Below, piece by piece: positions 51,295 to 60,381 of a DNA stretch of 64,000 nucleotides. How positions within the stretch are numbered: position 1 is the stretch's first letter; every line of letters begins with the position of its first letter. Source of the DNA: Blattabacteriaceae bacterium (lineage in GTDB: Bacteria; Bacteroidota; Bacteroidia; Flavobacteriales; Blattabacteriaceae). The translations under genes and the position numbers were made by a program. Location of the stretch: positions 101,111 to 165,110 of the forward strand of contig DASWCM010000003.1 of NCBI GenBank assembly GCA_036390115.1, given 5' to 3'. The notes beneath the pieces were generated by a model that did no database searches, was not told the DNA's origin, and saw only the letters and a list, made by a program, of their open reading frames with translations.

Positions 51295-51735
51295 TCGTAG
51301 CTTAAAGTATAATAAAAAATTCATATTGATGCAAGTTTTAGATAAACCTAGAATAATAAATGTTCTTCCTCTTATGATAGGAGATAGTAAGGCAAGAGTA
51401 ATGCTTTATTTTGTATAAATCATAGATACTACTAATAGTAAATATGTTACCAATTCTATAACATCTATTTTTAAAAAATTTACACTTCTATAAGCCGTAG
51501 AATACGGAGCTGTAATGATTCACGATTCATCTGTAGGTGAGGTTAGTCGTTTAAAACGACCATTTAAAAATAAAAATTATTTTCTCTTTTAAAAGATAAG
51601 GGAATTAATTTATTTATCACATAGATTTACGTTTTATTAGTATCTATCTTTAATGGCCCTATACAATTTTTTTTCATCTCGAAGAGATCAAAAATTCGTT
51701 ACTTTGCATTTTTATTTTTTTATTCGGGTAGACAG

Positions 51736-51757
51736 TTCCAAAGAAGCTTCTTTGGAA
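51736..51757. repeat. Perfect 22-nt palindrome ttccaaagaag/cttctttggaa, 44 nt upstream of the rpsU start
   Basis: Read directly from the sequence. The first 11 nt are the exact reverse complement of the last 11 nt, and the flanking bases do not extend it. Confidence 0.95.
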
Positions 51758-51800
51758 AAGTGCATAGAATTAATCAATATAGGTAAAAAAATCAATAAAT

Positions 51801-51998
51801 ATGAAATTAACTACATTTCTTAAAGAAGGAGAATCTATCGATAAAGCTTTAAAAAAGTACAAAAAAAAGATTGAAAAGATTCATCTTCTGAAAGAGATAA
51901 GGGATCGGAAATACTATATAAAGCCTTCTTCTATACGAAGAAGTGAAATAAACAGAGCTAAATATAGGGAGTATTTGAGGTGTAAACGAGAGGAATAA
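51801..51998 (+). CDS. rpsU: 30S ribosomal protein S21
   Basis: 65 aa. ..KEGESIDKALKKYKKK....LLKEIRDRKYYIKPS..RR is the S21 pattern. Confidence 0.92.
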   Translation: MKLTTFLKEGESIDKALKKYKKKIEKIHLLKEIRDRKYYIKPSSIRRSEINRAKYREYLRCKREE

Positions 51999-51999
51999 T

Positions 52000-53358
52000 A
52001 TGATTAATAAAGAAACTATAGCAGCTCCAGCTACATCAAGTGGGGCTCTTTTTCTAGTTAGGATATCTGGAAAAGAATCTATCGATATAGTAGAAAATAT
52101 TTTTAGACCAGTTAATTCAAGAAAAATTTTGAGAAATCAAAAATCTCATAGTGTCCATTTAGGATATTTATCAAATAATGGCAAGGATTTAGATAAAGTG
52201 TTAGTTTCTTTATTCAGGTCTCCACATTCCTACACAGGGGAAGATATGGTAGAAATTTCTTGTCATGGATCTTCTTATATACGAGATAAGCTTTTACAGT
52301 TGCTTCTAGAAAAAGGAGCTAGAATGGCTCGTCCTGGAGAATTTACTATGCGAGCTTTTATAAATGGAAAAATGGATCTATCTCAGGCAGAAGCTGTCGC
52401 AGATCTTATTTCTGCAGAATCTGAGTCCTCTCATCGAATTGCTATGATGCAGATGAGAGGAGGCATTTTTCCTCTTATTAAAGAGTTGCGTAAAGAACTT
52501 CTTCAATTCGCTTCTATTATTGAGCTGGAGTTGGATTTTTCTGAAGAAAATGTAGAATTTTCCAGTAAGGAAGATCTATATAAGCTTTTGGATAAGCTTG
52601 AAAATAAATTAAAAGGTTTGATTGATTCTTTTTCCTTAGGAAATGCTATAAAGCAGGGAGTTTCTGTCGTGCTAGTTGGGGCTCCAAACTCTGGAAAATC
52701 CACATTGTTTAATGCTCTATTGAAGGAAAATAGATCTATAGTTTCAAAAATTCCAGGAACTACACGTGACGTTATTGAAGAGAGTCTTATTTTAGATGGG
52801 ATCCGTTTTAGGTTTATAGACACTGCGGGCATAAGACAAACAGAGGATGATATTGAGAAAATAAGTATTCAAAAAACTATTGAAATAGTTAGTAAATCAC
52901 AATTGATTATTTATCTTTTTGACGCAACTTCTTTTGAAGAAGAAAGAATCCTTAATGATATTTCTAAAATTAGAGCTTCTAGAATCTTTATTGTGGCTAA
53001 TAAGATTGATATAGTTAATAAGATTGATCTAAAGATGATTGATCTTTCTTATTTTTTCCAAATATCTGCTAAATTAGGGATAGGGATTAATGGATTGAAG
53101 AATGCTCTGTCTAATTTTGTATCTAGTAAAATTTTAGATCAAAAGATGGTGATTTCACAATGGAGGCATTATGAAGCATTTATAGGAACTTTGGACTCTA
53201 TTTATGAAATACGAAAAGGTCTTGAACTAGGTCTTTCAGAAGACCTTGTAGCAATGGACATTCGTCAGGCTTTACATTTTTTAGGAGAAGTGACAGGAGA
53301 TGTCAGTCCAGATAATTTATTGGAAAACATTTTTTCAAAATTTTGTATAGGGAAATAA
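52000..53358 (+). CDS. mnmE: tRNA modification GTPase MnmE
   Basis: 452 aa. TIAAPATSSG start, G domain GAPNSGKSTLFNAL and DTAGIR, and the C-terminal FCIGK tetrapeptide. Confidence 0.95.
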   Translation: MINKETIAAPATSSGALFLVRISGKESIDIVENIFRPVNSRKILRNQKSHSVHLGYLSNNGKDLDKVLVSLFRSPHSYTGEDMVEISCHGSSYIRDKLLQLLLEKGARMARPGEFTMRAFINGKMDLSQAEAVADLISAESESSHRIAMMQMRGGIFPLIKELRKELLQFASIIELELDFSEENVEFSSKEDLYKLLDKLENKLKGLIDSFSLGNAIKQGVSVVLVGAPNSGKSTLFNALLKENRSIVSKIPGTTRDVIEESLILDGIRFRFIDTAGIRQTEDDIEKISIQKTIEIVSKSQLIIYLFDATSFEEERILNDISKIRASRIFIVANKIDIVNKIDLKMIDLSYFFQISAKLGIGINGLKNALSNFVSSKILDQKMVISQWRHYEAFIGTLDSIYEIRKGLELGLSEDLVAMDIRQALHFLGEVTGDVSPDNLLENIFSKFCIGK

Positions 53359-53387
53359 TAGATCATAAAATAAAAAAGCATTTGCTT

Positions 53388-53732
53388 ATGCAAAGTCTTA
53401 TAAAATACGTGCAAGAAAAATATGTAATAAAGGAAAGAAAATTCCCAGTTTTCCAATCAGGTGATACTATTACAGTTCACTATGAAGTTATTGAAGGAGA
53501 AAAGAATAGAACTCAGTCTTTTAAGGGGGTAGTTATTCAGAAAAAAGGAAAAAAATTTGTAAAAACCTTTACTCTTCGTAAAAAGAGTGGGGATATTGGT
53601 ATAGAGCGAATATTTATGATAAATCAACCGTCAATTAAAAAAATTGAAATAAACAAAAAAGGTAAAGTGAGAAGATCTAGGATTTATTATTTACGAAACC
53701 TAAAAGGAAAGAAAATTAAAGAAAAAAGGTAA
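53388..53732 (+). CDS. rplS: 50S ribosomal protein L19
   Basis: I take the internal Met as the start (MQSLIKYVQEKY....FPVFQSGDTITVHY.V.EG.K.R.Q.F.GVVI). ERIF and SP-like motifs are present. Confidence 0.93.
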   Translation: MQSLIKYVQEKYVIKERKFPVFQSGDTITVHYEVIEGEKNRTQSFKGVVIQKKGKKFVKTFTLRKKSGDIGIERIFMINQPSIKKIEINKKGKVRRSRIYYLRNLKGKKIKEKR

Positions 53733-54557
53733 TCATAAAGAGACTTTATATTCCCTTAAAGCTTCATTTAAAGAGGTTTTTTTATCGGTGCTCTCTTTTC
53801 TCTTTCCAAGAATTAGAGCACATGGAATATGATAAATACCTGCAGCAGGTAATTCCTTAGGATAAGATCCAGGAATTACCACAGAACGAGATGGAATGAT
53901 TCCTTTCATTAGTTTGGATTGAGATTTTGTAACATCGAAAATTTTAGTGGATGAGGTCAAAACTACATTAGCTCCTAAAACAGCTTCTTTCTTTATATGG
54001 ACTCCTTCAACTACAATACATCTTGAACCGACAAAGACATCATCTTCAATAATTACTGGTGATTTATGAATAGGTTCTAAAACGCCTCCTATCCCGACTC
54101 CTCCACTAATATGGACCCTTTCCCCAATTTGAGCACAACTCCCTATAGTGGCCCAAGTATCTATCATAGTAGATGCTCCAATATAAGCTCCAATATTTAC
54201 ATAGGAAGGCATTAGCACAACTCCAGAAGAGATATAAGATCCATATCGTGCAATAGCTGGAGGGACCACTCTAATATTTTTTTCTCTATATCTCCCCTTT
54301 AATGGTATTTTATCATTAAATTCTAAATTTACTGATTTAAATACTTCCATTTTTTGGATCCAAAAAAACATTAATATGGATTTTTTTATCCATTCGTTAA
54401 CCTTCCATGTTTCTGGGTTTAATGGCTCAGATACTCTAAGAGTTCCTTGATCAAGTTTTTCAATTATTTCAAAAACAACATTTTTCACAGAATCTTCTTT
54501 CCATGATTTATTATCAATCCAGTTTTCCTCTATTACCTTTTTAAATCTTTTTTTCAT
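53733..54557 (-). CDS. dapD: 2,3,4,5-tetrahydropyridine-2,6-dicarboxylate N-succinyltransferase
   Basis: 274 aa. Left-handed beta-helix hexapeptide repeats (GAYIG..TMIDTWATIGSCAQIGE.VHISGGVGIGGVLEP) and an N-terminal DapD-type helical domain. Confidence 0.9.
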   Translation of the reverse strand: MKKRFKKVIEENWIDNKSWKEDSVKNVVFEIIEKLDQGTLRVSEPLNPETWKVNEWIKKSILMFFWIQKMEVFKSVNLEFNDKIPLKGRYREKNIRVVPPAIARYGSYISSGVVLMPSYVNIGAYIGASTMIDTWATIGSCAQIGERVHISGGVGIGGVLEPIHKSPVIIEDDVFVGSRCIVVEGVHIKKEAVLGANVVLTSSTKIFDVTKSQSKLMKGIIPSRSVVIPGSYPKELPAAGIYHIPCALILGKRKESTDKKTSLNEALREYKVSL

Positions 54558-54561
54558 TAAA

Positions 54562-55014
54562 ATGTCAAAAATATTAGGAATAGATTATGGGGTGAAAAGG
54601 ACTGGAATATCCATTACGGATGAGTTTAATTTTATTGCTTGCGGGTTAACTACAGTCCCAACAAAAAAGTTATTTTACTTCTTAAACGAATATTTAAAGA
54701 AAGAATCTATAAAAAAAATTGTTATAGGTCTTCCTAGACAAGAATTCTCTTTGGAAAGAGTTATTCAAAAATTTATTAATGATTTTAGAAAAAAACATTC
54801 TGAAGAACTTACAATAGTTCGTATTGACGAATGTTTTACTTCAAAATTAGCTAAATATGCACTTGCAAAAAGTTATCTAAAAAAGAAAAAAAGAATGGAT
54901 AAATCTATTGTAGATAAAATAAGTGCTGCAATTATTTTGCAGTCTTTTCTAGATAGAGAAAGATTAATCTCTAATAAATTAGATGATGATTCTCCCAATC
55001 ATACTTTACGGTAA
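54562..55014 (+). CDS. ruvX: Putative pre-16S rRNA nuclease / Holliday junction resolvase-like YqgF
   Basis: ILGIDYGVKRTGISITD start and DECFTSKLA and AAIILQSFLD motifs. Confidence 0.88.
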   Translation: MSKILGIDYGVKRTGISITDEFNFIACGLTTVPTKKLFYFLNEYLKKESIKKIVIGLPRQEFSLERVIQKFINDFRKKHSEELTIVRIDECFTSKLAKYALAKSYLKKKKRMDKSIVDKISAAIILQSFLDRERLISNKLDDDSPNHTLR

Positions 55015-55492
55015 TCCTATCTTGAGAAGAAAATGTAAAGATATAAACCCCCATTATCCTTTTTTAAAAAAAATGATTGAAGATATGTTTGAAACGATGG
55101 ATAAAGCAGAAGGTATAGGCTTAGCTGCACCTCAAATTGGGCAGAATGTTCGATTATTTATTATCGATACTAAAGTTTTCATAAACTCTAAAGTTTTAAA
55201 TAAATATGGTAAAAATTATAAATACCAAGAAGGCTGTTTAAGCATCCCATCTCTCTTTGAAGAGATAGAAAGACCCTCACATATAGAAATTGAGTATTTT
55301 GACGAACATTGGATAAAACATAAAGAAATTTTAGATGGCTTAAACTCCAGAGTAATTCAACATGAATATGATCATATTGAAGGTAAACTATTTATCGATT
55401 ATCTTGCCCCTATAAAAATGGGATTACTAAAAAATAAGCTAAAAGAAATCTATCTAGGTAAAGTAAAAACAAAATATAAAATAATGAAGTAA
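54983..55492 (+). CDS. def: Peptide deformylase
   Basis: GIGLAAPQIG, EGCLSIP and HEYDHIEG metal-binding motifs. It is shorter than typical because of an internal gap before the EGCLS box. Confidence 0.93.
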   Translation: MMILPIILYGNPILRRKCKDINPHYPFLKKMIEDMFETMDKAEGIGLAAPQIGQNVRLFIIDTKVFINSKVLNKYGKNYKYQEGCLSIPSLFEEIERPSHIEIEYFDEHWIKHKEILDGLNSRVIQHEYDHIEGKLFIDYLAPIKMGLLKNKLKEIYLGKVKTKYKIMK

Positions 55493-55494
55493 AA

Positions 55495-55854
55495 TTATTC
55501 ACTTCTTCTATAAGTTACAGATTCTACTATTTCCTTAAAAACTTCAGGAAAATTAGTCGCTAAATCAGATAGTACTTTTCGGTTTAATCCAATATTTACC
55601 TTCTTTATTTTATTCATAAAACTTGAATAAGATACCCCATGAATACGAACCCCTGCATTTATACGCTGTATCCACAAAGATCTAAAAAATCTCTTTTTTT
55701 TTTTTCTACCTGTATAAGCATATTGAAGAGCCCTTTCTACAGCATTTTTAGCTACAGTATACACTTTACTTCTAGCTCCATAATAACCTTTTGCTAAATT
55801 TAAAATTTTTTTTCTTCTATTTCTAGAAGCTACAGAATTTACTGATCTTGCCAT
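55495..55854 (-). CDS. rplT: 50S ribosomal protein L20
   Basis: [28 protein letters not shown] start. Confidence 0.96.
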   Translation of the reverse strand: MARSVNSVASRNRRKKILNLAKGYYGARSKVYTVAKNAVERALQYAYTGRKKKKRFFRSLWIQRINAGVRIHGVSYSSFMNKIKKVNIGLNRKVLSDLATNFPEVFKEIVESVTYRRSE

Positions 55855-55858
55855 AGTT

Positions 55859-56053
55859 TTACGGCAAAAGTTGCCTTTTGATATTTTTAAAATCTGCCCG
55901 GTTTACTAACGTAAACTGGGTCAGTCTTTTTTTTCTTTTAGGTGTTTTTTTAGTTAGAATGTGATTTTTAAATGCATGCTTTCTCTTAATATTTCCATTA
56001 TATGTTAACTGGAAGCGTTTTTTGGCACCTGATTTACTTTTCAATTTTGGCAT
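55859..56053 (-). CDS. rpmI: 50S ribosomal protein L35
   Basis: [14 protein letters not shown] start; lies between infC and rplT. Confidence 0.95.
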   Translation of the reverse strand: MPKLKSKSGAKKRFQLTYNGNIKRKHAFKNHILTKKTPKRKKRLTQFTLVNRADFKNIKRQLLP

Positions 56054-56062
56054 ACTAAATTT

Positions 56063-56611
56063 TTATTTAGGAGATAGAATTATAAACATTCGTTTACCCT
56101 CCGTTCTTATTGCTTGTTCTATCCGTCCAAATGGACTCAAAACATCAACAAATCTATTGATCATTTCCTCGCCCTTCCCTTTATGGAGAATAGTCCTACC
56201 CTTAAAGAATAGAGAAACTTTAACTCTTTCTTTCGATTTCAAAAATCTTTCAGCACTTTTTATCTTGAATTCTAGATCATGGGAACTGGTTTGAACCCCA
56301 AAGCGGATTTCCTTTATGATCCGTTTTTTATCTCTATTTAACTGCTTTTTCTTTTTCTTTTGTTCGTATAAAAACTTTTTATAACTTAGAATCCTACAAA
56401 CTGGGGGCCTTGATACTGAATCAACTTCAACAAGATCTAACTCTTGCTCTTTAGCTATTTTTAGAGCTTCTAAAATAGGAAGAACCCCTCCCCCACTTCC
56501 ATCTTCACTAATTAACCTAACCTCTTTTGAGTAAATATGCTCATTAATTGGGTGAAGATTTTTTTTATTATTAATCCTATTACTTTTTTTCTTATAAAAT
56601 TTTCTATGCAA
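56063..56611 (-). CDS. infC: Translation initiation factor IF-3 (no in-frame ATG; non-canonical start)
   Basis: INEHIYSKEVRLISEDG N-domain and a C-domain with KEIRFGVQTSSHDLEFK. The ORF-track start at 56611 is TTG. There is no ATG upstream of the conserved core. Confidence 0.93.
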   Translation of the reverse strand: MHRKFYKKKSNRINNKKNLHPINEHIYSKEVRLISEDGSGGGVLPILEALKIAKEQELDLVEVDSVSRPPVCRILSYKKFLYEQKKKKKQLNRDKKRIIKEIRFGVQTSSHDLEFKIKSAERFLKSKERVKVSLFFKGRTILHKGKGEEMINRFVDVLSPFGRIEQAIRTEGKRMFIILSPK

Positions 56612-56614
56612 TAT

Positions 56615-58515
56615 TTAAATATTTTTAAAAAAATTAATTTCTTTTCTTAGAAAGTCTAGAAAGAGACTTATCGAAATAGATCCCAAATTTCCTATTATAT
56701 GTCGGCGTATAGAGATGATACCTTTTTCTTGTTCAAAATCTCCAATTACTCCTAAAATAGGTATTTTATAGTTCTCTGCGTCTCTAATTTTTTTTGATAT
56801 ATTTTCATTTCTCTCATCCAAGAGAGCCCTAACACCATAAATATATAGCAAATCTAAAACTTTTTTTGCAAATTTAAGATTTTTTTTTTTATTGTTAGCA
56901 ACATAACTTGGGTTGGTGCAAGCCAAAGTGGTAGATTTCCTACCGTGTGTTCCAAAAGAATAGCTGAAAATCTCTCCAAAGAACCAAAATGTGCACGATG
57001 AATTATAACTGGTCGATGAAACTTATTATCTATTCCTTTATAAGATAAATCAAAACATTCAGGTAGATTGTAGTCCACTTGGATGGTACCTAATTGCCAA
57101 TTTCTACCTAGAGAATCTTTAACCATAAAATCTAGTTTAGGTCCATAGAAAGCTGCTTCTCCATATGCTAAAATAGTTTTTAAGTTTTTCATTCTTGAAG
57201 AGTGAATAATAGCTTCTTCTGATTTTTTCCAATTTTCTTCAGAACCTATATAAGAATTTCTCTTGTCTCTTAGAGATATTTTTGCCGTATATTCTTTAAA
57301 TCCAAAGACCCTAAATACATAAAAGATCATATCAATCACTTTTTGAATTTCAACTGACAACTGATTTTGTGTGCAAAATATGTGTGCATCATCTTGAGTA
57401 AAGGATCTAGTACGAGAAATCCCATGTAACTCTCCGCTTTTTTCATAACGATATACCGTACCGAATTCAGCTAAACGTTTTGGCAAATCTCTGTATGAGA
57501 ATTTTTTATTTCGATAAATTTCACAGTGATGTGGACAATTCATTGGCCTTAAAAGAAATTCCTCTTCTTTATTAGGAGTCCTTATTGGTTTAAAAGAATT
57601 TTTTCCATACTTTTTCCAGTGCCCTGAAGTTTCATAAAGTATTTTATGCCCAATATGGGGCGTGGTCACCATTTCATACCCAGATTTTTTTTGCAACTTT
57701 ATTAGAAAATTTTCCATAAGTTTAAGTAAGTCAGTACCTTTAGGAAGCCATAATGGCAATCCAAGTCCTACCCGTTCAGAAAAAATAAATAAACCAAGTT
57801 CTTTACCTAATTTCCTATGATCACGCTTTTTAGTTTCCTCCAAAATAAGAAGATACTCTTCTAAATATTCTTTTCTAGGGAAAGAAATACCGTAAATACG
57901 GGTAAGCTGTTCATTTACCTTCCAATAGGATCCTGATGTATTGATAATTTTTACTGATTTTATCAATCCAGTATGCGGAATATGTACGCCCAGGCATAAA
58001 TCTGTGAAATCTCCATAAGTGCAAAAAGTAATAACTTGAAAACTTTCGATTAATTCAATTTTATATTTGTTTCCTTCATAATGTTTTATAGCTTCATTTT
58101 TTGAAAATGTATCACTTTTAAAAGTGTTTGATTTTAGAGCGTTTTCCAGAATTTTTTTCTCAATCTTATGGAAATCTTTTAAATGAGCTTCTCCAAAATC
58201 TATATCATAGTAAAACCCATTATCAATGGGATTACCAATATGTAAATTTGCTTTAGGATAAAAATTTAAAAGAGCTTGAGTTAACAAATGAGCTGAAGAA
58301 TGCCAAAAAGCCTTTTTACCTAGGGCATTATCCCATGTATAAAAAGATAATTCAGAATCTTCGAAGATTTCTATATCAAATTCAACTTGTTGTCCGTTAA
58401 GACTGGCTGATAAAACTCTTTTTGAAAAACTGTGACTAATACCTTTAATTATTTTAGCGGGAGTTATTCCTTTGGAATACTTTCTAACCTTTCCATAAGT
58501 AAAACGAATCATCAT
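56615..58515 (-). CDS. thrS: Threonyl-tRNA synthetase, reading frame interrupted in an A11 tract (ORFs 56854..58515 and 56615..56926)
   Basis: The N-terminal ORF carries the TGS, editing and class II catalytic core (..HRPVIIHRAHFGSLERF..LWLAPTQVMLLTIKKK) and stops 8 codons after the tract. The anticodon-binding domain (NLKFAKKVLDLLYIYGVRALLDERNENISKKIRDAE..KIPILGVIG) continues in another frame. The frames switch at the plus-strand T11 run 56880..56890. Confidence 0.9.
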
Positions 58516-58534
58516 ATTTTTCGAATTATTTTCT

Positions 58535-59280
58535 TTATATACTGAAATTTTTCAAAAGATCATCTACTTCTTCGATAGAATTTCCAGATCCTTTGGAAAT
58601 ACGAATATTGCGATTTTCATTTATGAGTTATGGATTTTTACGTTCTTTTTCCGACATAGAGTATATAATTGATTCGGTCTTTATCCCCTTTTAAGTCAAT
58701 TTAATGAAAAATATTTCCCATACCCATCACATATTTTTAACCTTATGAATTTGACTTAAAAAATCATTAAGATCAAATTTATTTTGATCAATCTTCCTTC
58801 TTATGCTTGTTCTTTACTAAATTACTCATTAACTTTTTACACCATAGAGATTACATCCTCCATTACAAGGAGGCTTTTCGCTATTATAGCAGTATAGAAA
58901 ATATCTAAATACTCTTACAGTTCCAATAAACTTTATTGGCTTTTTATAAATGGAACAAACTGTGAGTATAGCATCATACTCCGTTAAAATACAGTACATC
59001 TTTAAAATTTTTTGCAGTATTAGCAGAATCTTGTCCATTCATAGCATCTACAATAAAAAGGCTTTCGGATGGACGAATCGCTTTATAAATACGCTCCATT
59101 TCATCCATCATTACTTTCAATCTTCCAGCTGGATCAATAATTAGCACGTCATAATTACCTTCTTTAGCAAAAGCGACAGACTATCCAAGAACTTTTATTT
59201 TCTGAATAGCTGCTGGTCTGTTGTCGATAGAAGTGTTTTTTTTCTTTTTTTTCTAACTTCCATTATACTTTATTAAACAA
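58535..59280 (-). pseudogene. ffh: Signal recognition particle protein Ffh pseudogene (5'-truncated, frameshifted)
   Basis: Reverse-strand translation gives several Ffh peptides. KKNTSIDNRPAAIQKIKVLG then a stop. FAKEGNYDVLIIDPAGRLKVMMDEMERIYKAIRPSESLFIVDAMNGQDSANTAKNF, where DTAG reads DPAG. LTEYDA..KKPIKFIGT (ORF 58829..59038). DFLSQI, and RNIRISKGSGNSIEEVDDLLKNFSI then a stop. The frames are broken by stops, and the N-domain and P-loop region are missing. Boundaries are approximate. Confidence 0.85.
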
Positions 59281-59493
59281 CTCTAAGTAATTCTCATCTT
59301 TACAATTAAGAATAAAATATTCAAAAATATCTGTGTTAATACAGAATTTCCAACTTATTTTCCTACCCTAATTTGGTGTACTTAATTTCTTGCCTTAAAT
59401 AAGTAATATTGTAGCATTGATGTAGAGCTTTTCTATTTTTCAGATAAAAATTAGTTTATCAATAACATAAAAGATTCTATGTAGTGTAGGCAT

Positions 59494-60381
59494 TTAAAAT
59501 CTGGGGCTTTTTATTTTTCTGAATATTTCAAGTACTTTTTGTCCAATTTCTGAAGGAGAAACTACTATATGTATTCCGCATTTTATCATTATTTTTATTT
59601 TGGATTTAGCAGTATCTTCTTCTCCCCCAACAATAGCTCCAGCATGTCCCATGATTCTTCCTTTTGGAGCTGTTTGGCCAGCTATGAACCCAATAACAGG
59701 TTTCTTATTACCTATTTCTCTAACCCCTATCGCAGCGTCTTTTTCCATTTTTCCCCCAATTTCCCCTATAATAACAATCACTTCGGTTTCATCATCTTCC
59801 ATAAATAACGAAACAATTTCTTGCATACTGCTACCAATAATAGGATCTCCCCCAACTCCAACAGCTGTTGATATTCCAAGTCCAGATGCCACTATTTGAT
59901 CAGCTGCTTCATAAGTTAGCGTTCCAGATTTTGACACTATCCCAATAGTACCTCTCTCAAAAATAAATCCAGGCATAATTCCTACTTTGGATTCTCCAAC
60001 TGTTATTACACCTGGACAATTTGGTCCAATTAGTCTAGATTTTTTAAGGTATCTTTTCACCTTAATCATATCAGAAATAGGAATCCCTTCCGTAATACAA
60101 ACAATAAGGGAAATATTAGATTCTGCCGCCTCCATAATAGCATCAACTGCAAATGCAGCTGGAACAAAAATAACACTAACATCTGCGTTAGTTTCTCTAA
60201 CAGCTTTCTCCACTGTATCAAATACAGGTATCCCTAGATGTTTTTCTCCCCCTTTTCCTGGAGTCACTCCCCCAACAATAGAACTTCCATATGCAAGCAT
60301 TTGCTCAGAATGAAAGCTTCCTTCTTTTCCCGTGAATCCTTGTATAATAATTCTAGAATTTTTATTAACTAGTATGCTCAT
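59494..60381 (-). CDS. sucD: Succinyl-CoA synthetase alpha subunit
   Basis: 295 aa. IIQGFTGKEGSFH, LIGPNCPGVI, SKSGTLTYEA and MGHAGAIV (catalytic His). Confidence 0.95.
   Translation of the reverse strand: MSILVNKNSRIIIQGFTGKEGSFHSEQMLAYGSSIVGGVTPGKGGEKHLGIPVFDTVEKAVRETNADVSVIFVPAAFAVDAIMEAAESNISLIVCITEGIPISDMIKVKRYLKKSRLIGPNCPGVITVGESKVGIMPGFIFERGTIGIVSKSGTLTYEAADQIVASGLGISTAVGVGGDPIIGSSMQEIVSLFMEDDETEVIVIIGEIGGKMEKDAAIGVREIGNKKPVIGFIAGQTAPKGRIMGHAGAIVGGEEDTAKSKIKIMIKCGIHIVVSPSEIGQKVLEIFRKIKSPRF

Noticed and set aside
51285-51300. 16-nt perfect palindrome ctacgaggcctcgtag spanning the 5' end of tRNA-Arg(ACG)
   Set aside because: An 8+8 palindrome is expected about once by chance in 64 kb, and half of it is the tRNA acceptor/D region itself. 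There is no independent support for a function.
51300-51560. Possible ribulose-phosphate 3-epimerase ghost (INVLPLMIGDSKA.. and YGAVMIHDSSVG resembling PSIL.ADF and GAD.IH.DVMDG)
   Set aside because: The spacing between the two putative motifs is more than twice that in real Rpe, and the identities are marginal.
51770-51800. Looked for the strong Shine-Dalgarno reported upstream of rpsU in Flavobacteriia
   Set aside because: Only an AGG about 17 nt upstream of the ATG is present, which is too far and too weak. No SD is called.
52503-52832. 109-aa minus-strand ORF inside mnmE, and similar antisense ORFs in groEL (38009..38287) and sucD (59569..60313, three plus-strand ORFs)
   Set aside because: They are antisense to highly conserved genes. 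The relatively GC-richer coding regions simply lack stops on the opposite strand.
58829-59144. ORF 58829..59038 (minus) and ORF 58950..59144 (plus) as genes
   Set aside because: The minus ORF is a fragment of the ffh ghost (KKPIKFIGT). The plus ORF is antisense noise.
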